From an uncultured bacterium (GTDB taxonomy: Bacteria; UBP14; UBA6098; B30-G16), in NCBI GenBank assembly GCA_965552135.1, contig CBEVQY010000002.1, forward strand, positions 64,001 to 128,000: a DNA stretch of 64,000 nucleotides, read 5' to 3'. The translations under genes were made by a program, and so were the position numbers. Below, in pieces: positions 1 to 10,521 of this stretch; positions within the stretch are counted from its first letter, which is position 1, and every line of letters starts with the position of its first letter. Below the pieces are notes generated by a model. That model worked only from the letters and a program-made list of their open reading frames with translations, was not told the origin of the DNA and did no database searches.

Positions 1-223
1 GAAGTTCCTCGCAGGCGACTACGCATCCGCAGAAAGGCTCTGGCGCAAGGCGCTTGAGTGCAACGACAAATTCGCACCCGCACACCTCGCAATGGGCGTG
101 CTCTACACCGACGCAATACCCGACACCCAAAAAGCCGTTGAGCATTATGAAAAATACCTCGAGCTCTCCGACTACCTTGCACCCGAGGTGAGCAAATGGC
201 TTCAGGAGCTTTTGGGAAGGTGA
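1..223 (+). CDS. TPR-repeat protein, 3' end (partial, runs off the left edge)
   Basis: Frame 2 reads KFLAGDYASAERLWRKALECNDKFAPAHLAMGVLY...AVEHYEKYLEL...LLGR*, a TPR-like pattern. The stop TGA at 221-223 overlaps the next GTG. Confidence 0.75.
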   Translation, partial: KFLAGDYASAERLWRKALECNDKFAPAHLAMGVLYTDAIPDTQKAVEHYEKYLELSDYLAPEVSKWLQELLGR

Positions 224-1371
224 GATTTGTCCACACGGCGGACTGGCATCTTGGCGCAAGGACGTATCGCGTCACGGACCGCGCTGGCATTCCGGTGCAG
301 TTCGGCTGGGTCCGCGATGCTGCCTTGCAGCTTTCGTCGTTCGTGCAGAAGCGCGGCGTCGAGCTCGTCCTTATGTGCGGCGATATCCTCGCAACGCCAA
401 ACCCACCGCCCACCGCAGAAAACATCCTCGCGGGCATCCTGCGCCAAATCACCGACGCCGGCGCAAAGGTGATCTACCTTTTGGGAAACCACGAGCTTCC
501 GGGATGGGGGGATCACCCCGCCAAAATATACGAAACTCTCGCCGTCCCCGGCATAATCGTTGCCGACGAGCCCAAGCTGCACAAAATAGAGCTTGCAAGT
601 GGGACTGTCCAGGTGGCGACAATACCCTATCAAGCCCTCCGGGAACGCGACTTCGACGAGCTTGCGGCAAAACTCGGGGAGATGGTCGACCCGAGTATGC
701 CGTCGATCCTTATGGCTCACGTCTTCGTCGTCGGCGCGAGGCTTTCGGGAAGCGACGTCCGCCTCCTGCCCGACGAACCCTACACATCGCCAGAGACGCT
801 TTTGAACCTGCCCTTCACATACATCGCGCTCGGACACATCCACAAAAGCCAGGCTGTGTGCACCGCGCCGCCGGCGGTTTACGCGGGCAGCATCCAGCGA
901 CTCGACTTCTCGGAGGAGGGAGAACAGAAGGGCTTTGTGTACGGCGAGCTTGTGCCCTCTGGCGATGGTTTCTCAGCGTCGTGGGAGTTCGTTCCCACAG
1001 ACGCCGTTGACTTCGTCACCATCGACGTCGACACCCGCGGCAAAGGCGACCCGACAAGCGCCGTCATCTCAGCCATAAAGCGCCGCAGATTTGACGGCGC
1101 CGTCGTGAGGATAAGGGTCCGAAGAACCGCGTCTGATCCGAAGCTTGCCACAACCCTGATCCACAGGGCGGCAGCAGGGCAGGGCGCAAGGCTCGTGAGG
1201 ATCCAGACCTTTACGGACACGCCGAGGACGGACGGGTCCAAAGCCGCCGCTTCGCCCAGCGGAAACATCGAGGCAGACCTCGAACGCTACATCCGCGAAA
1301 AACGACCCGAGCTGAAGCAAAAGATCCGGCAGATAATACGAAAGGTAAAGGAGCTCGACGAATCCCCCTAA
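220..1371 (+). CDS. sbcD: SbcD/Mre11-family exonuclease (metallophosphoesterase)
   Basis: Motifs HTADWHLG, CGD, GNHE, AH, LGHIH and YAGS..RLDFSE. Probable GTG start at 220 (GTGA overlap). Confidence 0.85.
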   Translation: MRFVHTADWHLGARTYRVTDRAGIPVQFGWVRDAALQLSSFVQKRGVELVLMCGDILATPNPPPTAENILAGILRQITDAGAKVIYLLGNHELPGWGDHPAKIYETLAVPGIIVADEPKLHKIELASGTVQVATIPYQALRERDFDELAAKLGEMVDPSMPSILMAHVFVVGARLSGSDVRLLPDEPYTSPETLLNLPFTYIALGHIHKSQAVCTAPPAVYAGSIQRLDFSEEGEQKGFVYGELVPSGDGFSASWEFVPTDAVDFVTIDVDTRGKGDPTSAVISAIKRRRFDGAVVRIRVRRTASDPKLATTLIHRAAAGQGARLVRIQTFTDTPRTDGSKAAASPSGNIEADLERYIREKRPELKQKIRQIIRKVKELDESP

Positions 1372-1382
1372 GGTCCGCGCCC

Positions 1383-2138
1383 TCAGAGCCTCCCCCCATT
1401 GAGCTGGAGGATAAGCCTCTCAACCCTGTCCCTATCGGGTGCAGCGGGATAGAGGTTGATGTATTTGTTGAGCGCCTCGACAGCTTTTGGGAAGTCGGCT
1501 CGCTGGTAGTATACGGTGGCCAAATCGAGCCATCCGCTTACGAGGCGGGGACAAAGCTCAACCGCCCTGCGCAGCTCGCTTTCGGCGTCGTAGTTGTGCT
1601 TCATAAGGTAATAGGTCGCGCCCAGGTTGAGGTGAAAGATTGGGTTTTGCGGGTCGAGCTTGACCGCCTGCTCGAAGTGCTCCGCCGCGTCGGAGTAACG
1701 CTGCCTTTTGTAGTAAACCCAACCCAGCCCAAAATATCCCCACGCAAAGTCCTTATCGAGGTCGATGGCTTTTCTGTAGAGTCTCTCCTGCTCGTCGAGG
1801 TCGTCGAGGAGACGCGCGTAGAGGAAGATGTAGAGGGGATCGCTTGGGTTTTGCCTCATAAGCTTTCTGTATTCGCGCAGAAGCTCTTTCGTCTCGCGGC
1901 TTGCAGCGCGGATGCGCTGGTAGAGTATGTGCGCCTCCACAAAGCGGGGGTATTTGTCGATAGCCAGAAGGACCTTGTCGCGCGCAAGGGGGATCTGACC
2001 GTTGAGGAACTGATCTAAGGCATCGTTGTAGAAGGGCAGTGCGCGATGCCGCATCTTCTCCTCTTTGCTGGCAAAGCACCCCGCAAAAACGCCCCCACAC
2101 AAACTCAACGCCGCCAATATGTGAAAAAGCCTCCTCAT
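1383..2138 (-). CDS. TPR-repeat lipoprotein
   Basis: Start MRRLFHILAALSLCGGVFAGC (FAGC lipobox) overlaps the upstream stop as ATGA. Several TPR repeats follow. Confidence 0.8.
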   Translation of the reverse strand: MRRLFHILAALSLCGGVFAGCFASKEEKMRHRALPFYNDALDQFLNGQIPLARDKVLLAIDKYPRFVEAHILYQRIRAASRETKELLREYRKLMRQNPSDPLYIFLYARLLDDLDEQERLYRKAIDLDKDFAWGYFGLGWVYYKRQRYSDAAEHFEQAVKLDPQNPIFHLNLGATYYLMKHNYDAESELRRAVELCPRLVSGWLDLATVYYQRADFPKAVEALNKYINLYPAAPDRDRVERLILQLNGGRL

Positions 2139-3427
2139 TCTCCGCACGACTTCCCCTCGATGAACTTGTAAGCCGCTATCTCCTCCTTGGTGGGTAGGTA
2201 AGGCTTGAGGTAGTCGAGCTTGCTTCGGGCAAAGTCGGACCAGTTGGGGTCGCGAAGAGCCTTCCTGAAGATCTTCGACGCCTTGAGGAACTGGCATTTG
2301 ATCTCCATATTAAGCTCGCCCGACGGCGGCACCTTGTCCATCGCCTGCTGCTGGATTATGTCGCCCTCGACGATGTAGATGTAGCCGTAGCTCGGGTCTA
2401 TTTTCTTCGCCTTGGCGATGTAACTTTGCGCCGAGCTGTAGCGCTTCATATCCTTGTACGTCGCGGCGATGTCGCACATAAGCTTCACGCTTTTGGGATT
2501 CAGCTCTTCGGCTTTCTTGAACTTAGCAAGCGCCTCTTTGTACTTTCCGTCCGCAGCGAGGGCAAGACCCATATACTGATATCCGCGGAAGTCGTTGGGG
2601 TTGGCAGCGATGTACTTCTCGAGGATGTCGGTTGCCTCGGCGAACCGACCCGACTTGGCGTAGTACTGCCCCATCTTGAGCAGATACTCGGGCTCGTCGG
2701 GCACAAGCCTGTGGAGCTGGCGGTACGCCTCGGCAGCATCCTCGTTTTTGTCCTTGAGGATGTAGAGCTTGGCTAAAACCTCCCAAATTGCCGTTTGGTT
2801 CGAGTCTATCGCCACCGACTTTTCGAACCAGCGCATAGCCTCGTCGAAGTTGTGTCTTCGGAGCCATATTCTTCCGATGGCGGCGGCGCTGCTTGCATCG
2901 CGTCCACTCAGCTCAAAGGCTTTGGAGAAGTTCCTTAGCGCAAGCTCCTGAAGCGAGTCGGCCTGAGCGCTCATCGCAGCGGCTGCGGCGCTGTCGGAAA
3001 GTGTGTCGGCAACGGCGTCAAGCCGCAGCGCCATACGCTCGTAAACATAGCCAAGCCCCGAGTAAAAGTAGCTGTTTTGGGGGAACTTCTTTATCGCCTC
3101 CTTGTAGAGCGCAAGCGCAGTGTCGATGTAGGTCGTGTCGGGATGACGCAGACAGGCGTCGGCAAGATACTTAAACGCCTTCTCGTTCTGGGGATCAAGC
3201 TCCAAAACCTTCCTGAACTGCTCTATCGCCCTCGTGTAGTCTTTGTTCTTGTAGTTCTCGTATCCGAAGGAGAGGTACATGTTCACCTTCTGCTTTATCT
3301 GCGTGCTGTCGACGGCTGGCTTCTGCCCCACAGGCTCCTGGGCTTGCTGCGTCGGTGCGCAAGAGTAAATCGCCAAAGCGAAAAAGGCAAAGAAAACAAA
3401 AACCCAAAAAGACTTCACCCCACACAT
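2135..3427 (-). CDS. TPR-repeat lipoprotein
   Basis: Hydrophobic signal ending AIYSC, then multiple TPR repeats over 430 aa. GGAGG lies upstream. Confidence 0.85.
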   Translation of the reverse strand: MCGVKSFWVFVFFAFFALAIYSCAPTQQAQEPVGQKPAVDSTQIKQKVNMYLSFGYENYKNKDYTRAIEQFRKVLELDPQNEKAFKYLADACLRHPDTTYIDTALALYKEAIKKFPQNSYFYSGLGYVYERMALRLDAVADTLSDSAAAAAMSAQADSLQELALRNFSKAFELSGRDASSAAAIGRIWLRRHNFDEAMRWFEKSVAIDSNQTAIWEVLAKLYILKDKNEDAAEAYRQLHRLVPDEPEYLLKMGQYYAKSGRFAEATDILEKYIAANPNDFRGYQYMGLALAADGKYKEALAKFKKAEELNPKSVKLMCDIAATYKDMKRYSSAQSYIAKAKKIDPSYGYIYIVEGDIIQQQAMDKVPPSGELNMEIKCQFLKASKIFRKALRDPNWSDFARSKLDYLKPYLPTKEEIAAYKFIEGKSCGE

Positions 3428-3462
3428 GGCGAATGCCTCCTCTCAGTCTCCCGAAGTTTTAT

Positions 3463-3490
3463 ATTATAACTGGGATCTGCGCGATGCGAA
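3463..3490 (-). promoter_or_regulatory. Putative sigma70-type promoter for the TPR lipoprotein pair
   Basis: Minus strand reads TTCGCA-N16-TATAAT in the rho/TPR intergenic gap. Confidence 0.55.
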
Positions 3491-3510
3491 AGCGATTTTT
3501 GGCGACGCAT

Positions 3511-5043
3511 TCAGTCCTCCGCCATGGTGGCGAGGAACTCGGCGTTGGTTTTGGTCGCCATTATCTTGTTGAGCAAAAACTCCATCGCGTCGATCGCGTT
3601 GAGGTCGGAGAGGATCTTCCTGAGGAGCCAAACGCGCATAAGCGTATACTTGTCCAAAAGAAGCTCCTCCTTTCTTGTCCCCGAGCGGTTGACGTCCATG
3701 GCGGGGAAGATCCTTCTGTCCGAAAGCCTTCTGTCGAGCACAAGCTCCATGTTGCCCGTTCCCTTAAACTCCTCGAAGATGACCTCATCCATCTTCGACC
3801 CCGTTTCGATAAGCGCGGTGGCGATGATGGTGAGCGAGCCGCCTTCCTGGATGTTTCTTGCTGCGCCGAAGAAGCGCTTTGGCTTTGAGAGGGCAGATGC
3901 ATCCACGCCGCCTGTGAGGATCCTGCCGCTGTGCGGCGCGATGTTGTTGTAGGCGCGCGCAAGCCGGGTAAGAGAATCGAGCAAAATCACAACATCTCGC
4001 TTGTGCTCAACCTGCCTTTTGGCACGCTCTATCACTATCTCGGCAACCTGGGTGTGGCGCTCAGGACCCTCGTCGAAGGTGGACGAAATGATCTCTATCT
4101 CGGGCGCCTTATCGACCTTCGAGCACTCGGAAGCTATGAAGTACTTCATATCGGTGACCTCTTCGGGTCGCTCGTCGATGAGGAGGATTATCAAAAGCAC
4201 CTCGGGGTGGTTGTGGATCATAGCTCTGGCTATCTTCTGGAGGATCATCGTCTTTCCCGCCTTCGGCGGCGAAGTTATAAGACCGCGCTGACCCTTGCCT
4301 ATGGGGGTGAAGAGGTCCATTATCCTCGTTGTGATCTCCTCGGGGTCGTGCTCGAGGGCGAACTTCTCCATCGGGTAAAGCGGCGTTAGGCTGTCGAAGG
4401 GGATTTTGTGTTTTGCAACATCGGGCGAACATCCGTTCACGTTGTCGACTCTAAGGAGCGCAAAGAAGCGCTCGCCCTCCTTGGGCGGTCGAATCACGCC
4501 GCCAACTACGTCGCCTGTGTGGAGGTTGAAGCGTTTGATCTGCGAGGGCGAGATGTAGATATCGTCCGGGCCGGGCAGGTAGTTGTAGTCGGGATGACGC
4601 AGGAAACCGTAGCCGTCGGGAAGAACCTCCAAAACCCCCTCGGCGTAAACCTCGGCGTTCTTCTGCTGGATCTCGCACCCAAGGATTTTGAAGATCAGGT
4701 CCTGCCTGGTGTATGAATGTGGGTTTTCGATGCCGCACTCCTCCGCAAGCTGGAAAAGCTCCTCTATCGTCTTCCTCTTGAACTCCTCGAGCATCAGGCG
4801 CGGCTTGATCTCCTCAACGACCGCCACAGACTGCTTTTCGTCCTCGTTTTGTGTGGTCTCTTCGGGCTCGGGGTTTTCGGCAGCCTCGGCTTCGGCTGGT
4901 GGCTCCGCTACCGCAACCGCCTGCTCGGCTTTCGCATCCCCGGGATTGTTCTTACGCCGCCCACGACGACGCTTCGGAGCCTCATCCTTCGGCTCCTTCT
5001 GCTCCAAAACCTCCGCTTCCTCCGTCTTCTTCTTCCTCGGCAT
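3511..5043 (-). CDS. rho: Transcription termination factor Rho with an N-terminal extension
   Basis: [15 protein letters not shown], Walker [28 protein letters not shown] and FKGTGNMEL. Probable start MPRKKK at 5043 after GAGGTGG. Confidence 0.97.
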   Translation of the reverse strand: MPRKKKTEEAEVLEQKEPKDEAPKRRRGRRKNNPGDAKAEQAVAVAEPPAEAEAAENPEPEETTQNEDEKQSVAVVEEIKPRLMLEEFKRKTIEELFQLAEECGIENPHSYTRQDLIFKILGCEIQQKNAEVYAEGVLEVLPDGYGFLRHPDYNYLPGPDDIYISPSQIKRFNLHTGDVVGGVIRPPKEGERFFALLRVDNVNGCSPDVAKHKIPFDSLTPLYPMEKFALEHDPEEITTRIMDLFTPIGKGQRGLITSPPKAGKTMILQKIARAMIHNHPEVLLIILLIDERPEEVTDMKYFIASECSKVDKAPEIEIISSTFDEGPERHTQVAEIVIERAKRQVEHKRDVVILLDSLTRLARAYNNIAPHSGRILTGGVDASALSKPKRFFGAARNIQEGGSLTIIATALIETGSKMDEVIFEEFKGTGNMELVLDRRLSDRRIFPAMDVNRSGTRKEELLLDKYTLMRVWLLRKILSDLNAIDAMEFLLNKIMATKTNAEFLATMAED

Positions 5044-5071
5044 AACACCACCTCGCTTTTTGATCTCAACG

Positions 5072-6685
5072 TCACATCTGCTCGGGGGCGGAGATGCCGC
5101 ATATCTCAAGCCCCCTGCGGATCGTGTTGCCAACCGCCGCCACAAGCGCAAGCCGGGCAGAAGTCAATGCCTCATCGTCGCATACAACCCGGTGCTTGGT
5201 GTAGAAGTTGTGGAAGAGCTTTGCGAAATCGAGCAGGAAGAACGGTATCACATGCGGCTGCATGAGGCGCGCAGTGGCAAGAACAACGGAGGGAAACTTT
5301 GTCATTCGCCTCATAAGTTGCAGCTCTTCGGGCTGGGTGAGGGGCACGAGGTCTACGTTTGAGGGGCAGGATATCCCTCGCTCGCGGGCATAGCGCAAAA
5401 TGCTTTGTATCCGGGCGTGGGCATACTGAATGTAGTAGACCGGGTTCTTCTCGGAGGTGTCCCTTGCGAGGTTCATGTCGAAGTCGAGGTGCGCTTCCAT
5501 CCGCCTTGCCAGGAAGAAGAACCTCGCCGCATCGACGCCGACGTCGTCGATGAGCTCGTCCATCGTCACAAGCTTGCCCGCGCGCTTCGACATCTTGATT
5601 CTCTTGCCGTCCTCGACGAGGTTGACCTGCTGGAGGATGAGCACACAAAGTTTGCCCTCGTGTCCCAGGGCTTTCATGGCGGCTTCAAGGCGTGCCTTAT
5701 GACCGTGGTGGTCCGGACCCAGGATCGTATAGACCCTGCTAAACCCGCGCTCCTCGAACTTGTTCGCGTGATAAGCTATATCCACAAGCCCGTACGCCCA
5801 CTCTCCGTCCGATTTGACGAGGACGAAGTCATCCACCTGCGGCGAGACCTTGGACGCGGCGAACCAAAGCGCCCCGTCCTTCTCGTACGTCAAGCCGGCG
5901 CGACCGAGGCGATCCAAGACCTCCTCAACCTTGCCGCTTCGCCTGAACTCGCGCTCCGAAAACCAACAGTCGAAGTGAACTCTAAAGCGGGAAAGAGTGC
6001 TTTTCTGCTGCTCCACGATCCGTCGCAGAATCCACTCATCCGGAGAAAGCCCGGGGGCGCTTTCGAGGTATTCCCTCGCGTAGTCCAGAAGGTATTCGCC
6101 GTGGTAGCCTCCTTCGGGGATCTCCGCCTCTTCCCCGCGGAGCTGTGCGAGTCTGGCGCGAAAGCTTTCGCCCAGAAGCCTTATTTGATTGCCCGCGTCG
6201 TTGAGGTAGTATTCGGTTTTCACCTTGAATCCTGCTGCTTTGAGGGCGTTTGCGAGGGTTGATCCCGCGGCGGCAGCGCGCGCACTGACGACGTTGAGCG
6301 GACCCGTCGGGTTCGCGCTCACAAACTCCACCTGCACAAGCTCCCCGCGCCCGTAGTCGATGCACCCCCACCGCTGGGGTGCAAAGTTCACCTCGCGGAC
6401 GACATCGCACAAAAAGCGCTCGGAGAGCCAGAAGTTTATGTATCCTCCCACGACCTCCGCCCGCCCAACGCCGGGCGGGAGCTTGTCTGCGACGATCTCC
6501 TCCCCTATAGCCTGGGGGGGCTTTCGGAGCATGCGTGCAAGCTGGAAGGGCACGTTTGTGGTCCAGTCGCCGAAGTCGGGTGATTCCGGCTCTGTGACCT
6601 CGGCATCGACATCGACGCCGTAAAGCGCCTTCGTCCGCTCCGAAAGCCACGAACAAATCCCGTCAACAACGCCCAAGACGTCCAT
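5072..6685 (-). CDS. argS: Arginine--tRNA ligase
   Basis: [40 protein letters not shown] and C-terminal APEQM. Start could be 6685 or 6697. Confidence 0.95.
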   Translation of the reverse strand: MDVLGVVDGICSWLSERTKALYGVDVDAEVTEPESPDFGDWTTNVPFQLARMLRKPPQAIGEEIVADKLPPGVGRAEVVGGYINFWLSERFLCDVVREVNFAPQRWGCIDYGRGELVQVEFVSANPTGPLNVVSARAAAAGSTLANALKAAGFKVKTEYYLNDAGNQIRLLGESFRARLAQLRGEEAEIPEGGYHGEYLLDYAREYLESAPGLSPDEWILRRIVEQQKSTLSRFRVHFDCWFSEREFRRSGKVEEVLDRLGRAGLTYEKDGALWFAASKVSPQVDDFVLVKSDGEWAYGLVDIAYHANKFEERGFSRVYTILGPDHHGHKARLEAAMKALGHEGKLCVLILQQVNLVEDGKRIKMSKRAGKLVTMDELIDDVGVDAARFFFLARRMEAHLDFDMNLARDTSEKNPVYYIQYAHARIQSILRYARERGISCPSNVDLVPLTQPEELQLMRRMTKFPSVVLATARLMQPHVIPFFLLDFAKLFHNFYTKHRVVCDDEALTSARLALVAAVGNTIRRGLEICGISAPEQM

Positions 6686-6714
6686 GGCGAACCCCATACA
6701 GCGCGGAAAGGAAC

Positions 6715-7080
6715 CTAATCCCCCTGCGCACCCTCCTCCTCGCCGATGACCGTCATCGGCGCATCGCCCCAATAGCTTTCGATGTCGTAGTATTCCCTCA
6801 CCTCGGGCAAGAACAGGTGGACGACGACCTCGACAGCATCCACCAAAACCCAACGCATGCCCCGAAGACCTTCGGTGTGATAGCCATCTACCCCGGCGCC
6901 GTCCAAGAACTCGAGGACGGCATCGGTCAACGACCGCAGATGGGGCTGACTGCTTGCCGAGGCTATCACGAAGAAGTCGGCGAAGTCGGTAAGCCCGCGC
7001 AGATCAAGGACCCTAACGTCCTCGCCGTGTTTTTCGTAGATGAGCTGGGCGCAGCGGAAAGCAAGCTCCTCAGACGTCAT
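6715..7080 (-). CDS. rsfS: Ribosome silencing factor RsfS
   Basis: LDLRGLTDFADFFVIAS, WVLVD..VVVHLF...REYYDIESYW. ATG at 7080 with GGAGG upstream. Confidence 0.92.
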   Translation of the reverse strand: MTSEELAFRCAQLIYEKHGEDVRVLDLRGLTDFADFFVIASASSQPHLRSLTDAVLEFLDGAGVDGYHTEGLRGMRWVLVDAVEVVVHLFLPEVREYYDIESYWGDAPMTVIGEEEGAQGD

Positions 7081-7129
7081 CAAGCCTCCAGGGATTTGTT
7101 CTAACCTCTCGCTCCTCACAGAGCACAAC

Positions 7130-7615
7130 CTACGACCCCCCGAGGATCTTGGCGAGAGCAGCCCTGTAGTCGCGACCTATAACGACCGTTGCGTCGTAGA
7201 TGTCGTTGTTTCGCTGCAGGACGAGGCGCTCTCGGGGCAAGCCCAAGATGGCGAGAAGTGAATCGGCTTTAAGCTCATCCCCCCGGCGGTCAAGGAGGAG
7301 AGTGTACGGATACACCCTGCCCGCCAGCTTCACAACGCTTCTTACATCGACGCCGCGCCGCCTGAGGGAATCGGCGACAAGCGAAGCCACGTAAGGCTCA
7401 CCCGAACCGTTGAAAACCTGAACGACAAACGACTCCCCCGGCACCGGAACCCTCTCCCCCCTGCGTACACCAGACGATGGCTCCACCAAAGCACTTATAA
7501 CCCCAACCGCGACAAAAAGTCCGCAGACAACGATCACAGCCCAGTCGAAAAAAGCCCAGCCTTTGCCTGTGGGCGATTTAACAGCTCTTTTGCGGGGTAA
7601 CCTGCGTCTTGTCAT
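7130..7615 (-). CDS. Membrane-anchored LytR C-terminal domain protein
   Basis: One TM helix, then VQVFNGSG..VA..VADSL..RG and D.TVVIG.DY, typical of LytR_C. It sits directly upstream of rsfS. Confidence 0.75.
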   Translation of the reverse strand: MTRRRLPRKRAVKSPTGKGWAFFDWAVIVVCGLFVAVGVISALVEPSSGVRRGERVPVPGESFVVQVFNGSGEPYVASLVADSLRRRGVDVRSVVKLAGRVYPYTLLLDRRGDELKADSLLAILGLPRERLVLQRNNDIYDATVVIGRDYRAALAKILGGS

Positions 7616-7737
7616 ATAGCGATTTTCGGGAAAGTGGCAAGAACCCTGCGCTCAAGAAAATGTTTGCGAGTTGCTGTATTTATTTTTGTGAGGGTAAACC
7701 CATCTGTCAACAGAAAAATTGCGCCGCCGCGCAGACG

Positions 7738-7766
7738 TTGCCAAAAGCCCTCCGCAAAGCTACATT
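7738..7766 (+). promoter_or_regulatory. Putative sigma70 promoter, probably giving a leaderless cyclase mRNA
   Basis: TTGCCA-N17-TACATT. The ATG at 7774 follows the -10 after 7 nt and has no Shine-Dalgarno. Confidence 0.55.
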
Positions 7767-7773
7767 TCTTCTG

Positions 7774-10521
7774 ATGAGCGAAAAATACATAAGGGTTCTC
7801 CGAAGCCTTCTTCCGGAGGCGATGCTGCGGCGTCTCGAGCTTGATCCCGAAAGGCTCGACAGGCTTGCCGAGCGCAGGTGGGTCACCGTCCTTTTCGCCG
7901 ATATATCGGGTTTTACGCCCCTTTGCGAGCGCCTTGATCCTGAGGAGGTGATGGAGCTTGTGAACCTTCTTTTCGAAAGGCTTTCGCGCTGCGTTCGTCG
8001 GCACGGCGGCACGGTGGACAAGTTTCTGGGCGATGCGCTTATGGCGGTGTTTGGTGCGCCAGTCTCCCACAGCGACGACCCACACAGAGCGGTTCGCGCG
8101 GCGCTGGAGATGCTTGCGGCAACGGAGGAATTCAACCGCAGCGCAAAGGCGCGAAGGGCGGGGGCAAAGCTTTCGATCTCGATTGGGATAAACACGGGCT
8201 TTGTCGTTTCGGGCTTTGTGGGCGACGACACCCACAGGGAGTACACCGTTTTCGGCGACGGCGTGAACACCGCCGCGCGGCTCGAACAGAGCGCCCCAGC
8301 CGGCGAAATCCTCGTCGGGAGCGAAACATACGAGGCGACGAAGCGAAGCTTTAGGTTCGAGCGCGTTGGGTCGCTTGCGCTGCGCGGGAAGACGCGTCCT
8401 GAGGAGGTTTGGCGCGTCGTCGGCGCCGAACCACCCATAACACTCGACGAAGACGAAAAAATCATAATCCACGACGAACAAACCGCGGCTTTCATCACCG
8501 AAAACCTCGGGCGCGGCGACCACTTCGCCGTGAAAACCGACCCCACAGCCGCCGACTACTGGCGCAGGTGGCTTTTGGCGAACTTCGGCGGTGAAGTCGT
8601 TGTGGCGGAGCCCGTTCCGGGGCGCGGTTTTGGCGTCGTCGAGGCGATCGTCGGCAGCCTGCCAGGCGGCAAGCTCGAGCGCGAAGAGTTCATTGCCCAG
8701 GCTGCAAAAGCGCTCGAAGAAGCCCTTGGCAACCGGTGCCTCGTCGTCTTCAGATCAGAGCGCTGCGACGACGGTAGCGCCGCGGTGCTGCAAAAGCTTG
8801 AGGGCAAAGCGGTTCTGTGGCTCGGCGAGGATGCCCCAAGCTTTGTTGCGCGAACACACACGCAGCGCAAACTGTCGAAAGTCGGCGTCGCCCGAGCAGC
8901 AAAGGCGTTCTTCGGTGCAAAAAGGATCTCAAGGAAAGCCGCGCAAACGCTCTGGTCGACAACGCACGGCGAGCGGGGGCACCTTTTGCACCTCCTGCGC
9001 TACCTCCGAAGGCGCAATGCTGTGTTCGAGAAGCGTGGGGTGCTCACCATATCGGGCGATGCGGCGATTCCCGGAAACACCTCCGCCTACGCAATGGAGT
9101 ACCTCGACTCGCTCCCGCCGCGGCTGCGGGAGGATGTCGTCAAGGCTTCGGTTCTGGGCGAGCGGTTTCCGGCGGATGTCCTTCGGGAGCTTTTGGGGCG
9201 CGTTCCGCAGGAGGTGTTTGAGGTTGAGGGTTCGTGGGCACGCTTTCGCTTTTGGCTTTTGCAGCGCGTAGCCTACGAGAGCTTGACCTCGCCCGTGCGC
9301 CGAAGGCTACACTCGCTTGCAGCCCGCGCATACAAACGCGCCGCAGTTGCGAAAGAACTCGCAGTACCACCCCAGATCCTCGGCAAATACGGCGTCCGCA
9401 GGGCTAAGAAGGAGCTTGCCGAAAGCCGCCTCGAGGAATTCGCGCCCGAACTCGCCCTCCACTGCGAGCTTGCGGGAAGGTGGCGCGAAGCCTTCAGGTA
9501 CCTGGTTGCGGCTGGCGAGCAGCAGCGCAGAAGATGGTCCTACCACGAGGCGCTCGGATACTTTGAGCGCGCAAGCCGCATAGGGATGAGGATGGTCAAG
9601 CGCTGGCGGAACCACAGCCAGCTTGCCGACATCCTCTTTACGGCGGGCGAGCTCGCCTTCGTTCTGGGGAGATACAACGACGCGCTGCGCTTCAACAGAG
9701 CCGCGGCGCGGCTCGGAAAAGAAGCCGAAAAACCCGAGATACTCTTCGGCGCGCTTGTGCGAATGGCGGTGATCTTCAACGAGACGGGAAAGTTCGTCGC
9801 CGCAGACGCGCTTTACTCCGCCGCGCTGCGCATCCTCGAAACCCTCCCCACCTCGCGGGAGCGGGAACGGAGACGCGCTCAGGTGCTACTCAACCTCGGA
9901 ACGCTCCGCGCTCAGCTCGGTGAGCTCGACAGGGCGAAAGGGCTTTTGAAGAAAGCGCTTTCGCTGGCGCGATCCACAGATGATGCTCAGATGACCTCCC
10001 AGGCGCTCACGAACCTTGGGTGGATATTTGAGCGCACAGGCAGGCTGCGGCGCGCCGAAAGGCTCTACCTCCTGGCTCTACGCATCGACACAGACCGCGG
10101 CGACATCATCGGACAAGCCCAAACGCTGGTGAACCTCGCCAACACAAAGCGCGCTTTGGGCGAGCTTGACGCCGCAGTAAAGATGCTGCGCAAGGCTATG
10201 CGGCTCTTCGAGAAGGTGGGGGATTTCGCAGGCATCGCCGTTGCCGCAAACAACCTCGGAGAGTTTTTGCGCGAGCTCGGCGAGGCAGAACGCGCCCTAA
10301 AACTCCACATCCGCGCAAGAAGGATGGCGAAGCGCATAGGCGATCCCTTCCTCCAGGCAGATTGCGCCAAAAACCTCGCCAGCGACTACGCTGCGCTCGG
10401 AGAAAACGCAAAGGCGCTGAGGGAGTTCTCCAAGGCGCAAAAGCTCTTTCGAAAGCTCGGGGAGGAGGACGAGGCAGATGAGATAGCCAAGCGCATCTCG
10501 GAGCTTGCGGCGCAGGGTTAG
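7774..10521 (+). CDS. Class III adenylate/guanylate cyclase with a degenerate central NTPase-like region and C-terminal TPRs
   Basis: VTVLFADISGFT, VDKFLGDALMA, GINTG and YTVFGDGVNTAARLE, followed by a C-terminal TPR array. Confidence 0.88.
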   Translation: MSEKYIRVLRSLLPEAMLRRLELDPERLDRLAERRWVTVLFADISGFTPLCERLDPEEVMELVNLLFERLSRCVRRHGGTVDKFLGDALMAVFGAPVSHSDDPHRAVRAALEMLAATEEFNRSAKARRAGAKLSISIGINTGFVVSGFVGDDTHREYTVFGDGVNTAARLEQSAPAGEILVGSETYEATKRSFRFERVGSLALRGKTRPEEVWRVVGAEPPITLDEDEKIIIHDEQTAAFITENLGRGDHFAVKTDPTAADYWRRWLLANFGGEVVVAEPVPGRGFGVVEAIVGSLPGGKLEREEFIAQAAKALEEALGNRCLVVFRSERCDDGSAAVLQKLEGKAVLWLGEDAPSFVARTHTQRKLSKVGVARAAKAFFGAKRISRKAAQTLWSTTHGERGHLLHLLRYLRRRNAVFEKRGVLTISGDAAIPGNTSAYAMEYLDSLPPRLREDVVKASVLGERFPADVLRELLGRVPQEVFEVEGSWARFRFWLLQRVAYESLTSPVRRRLHSLAARAYKRAAVAKELAVPPQILGKYGVRRAKKELAESRLEEFAPELALHCELAGRWREAFRYLVAAGEQQRRRWSYHEALGYFERASRIGMRMVKRWRNHSQLADILFTAGELAFVLGRYNDALRFNRAAARLGKEAEKPEILFGALVRMAVIFNETGKFVAADALYSAALRILETLPTSRERERRRAQVLLNLGTLRAQLGELDRAKGLLKKALSLARSTDDAQMTSQALTNLGWIFERTGRLRRAERLYLLALRIDTDRGDIIGQAQTLVNLANTKRALGELDAAVKMLRKAMRLFEKVGDFAGIAVAANNLGEFLRELGEAERALKLHIRARRMAKRIGDPFLQADCAKNLASDYAALGENAKALREFSKAQKLFRKLGEEDEADEIAKRISELAAQG

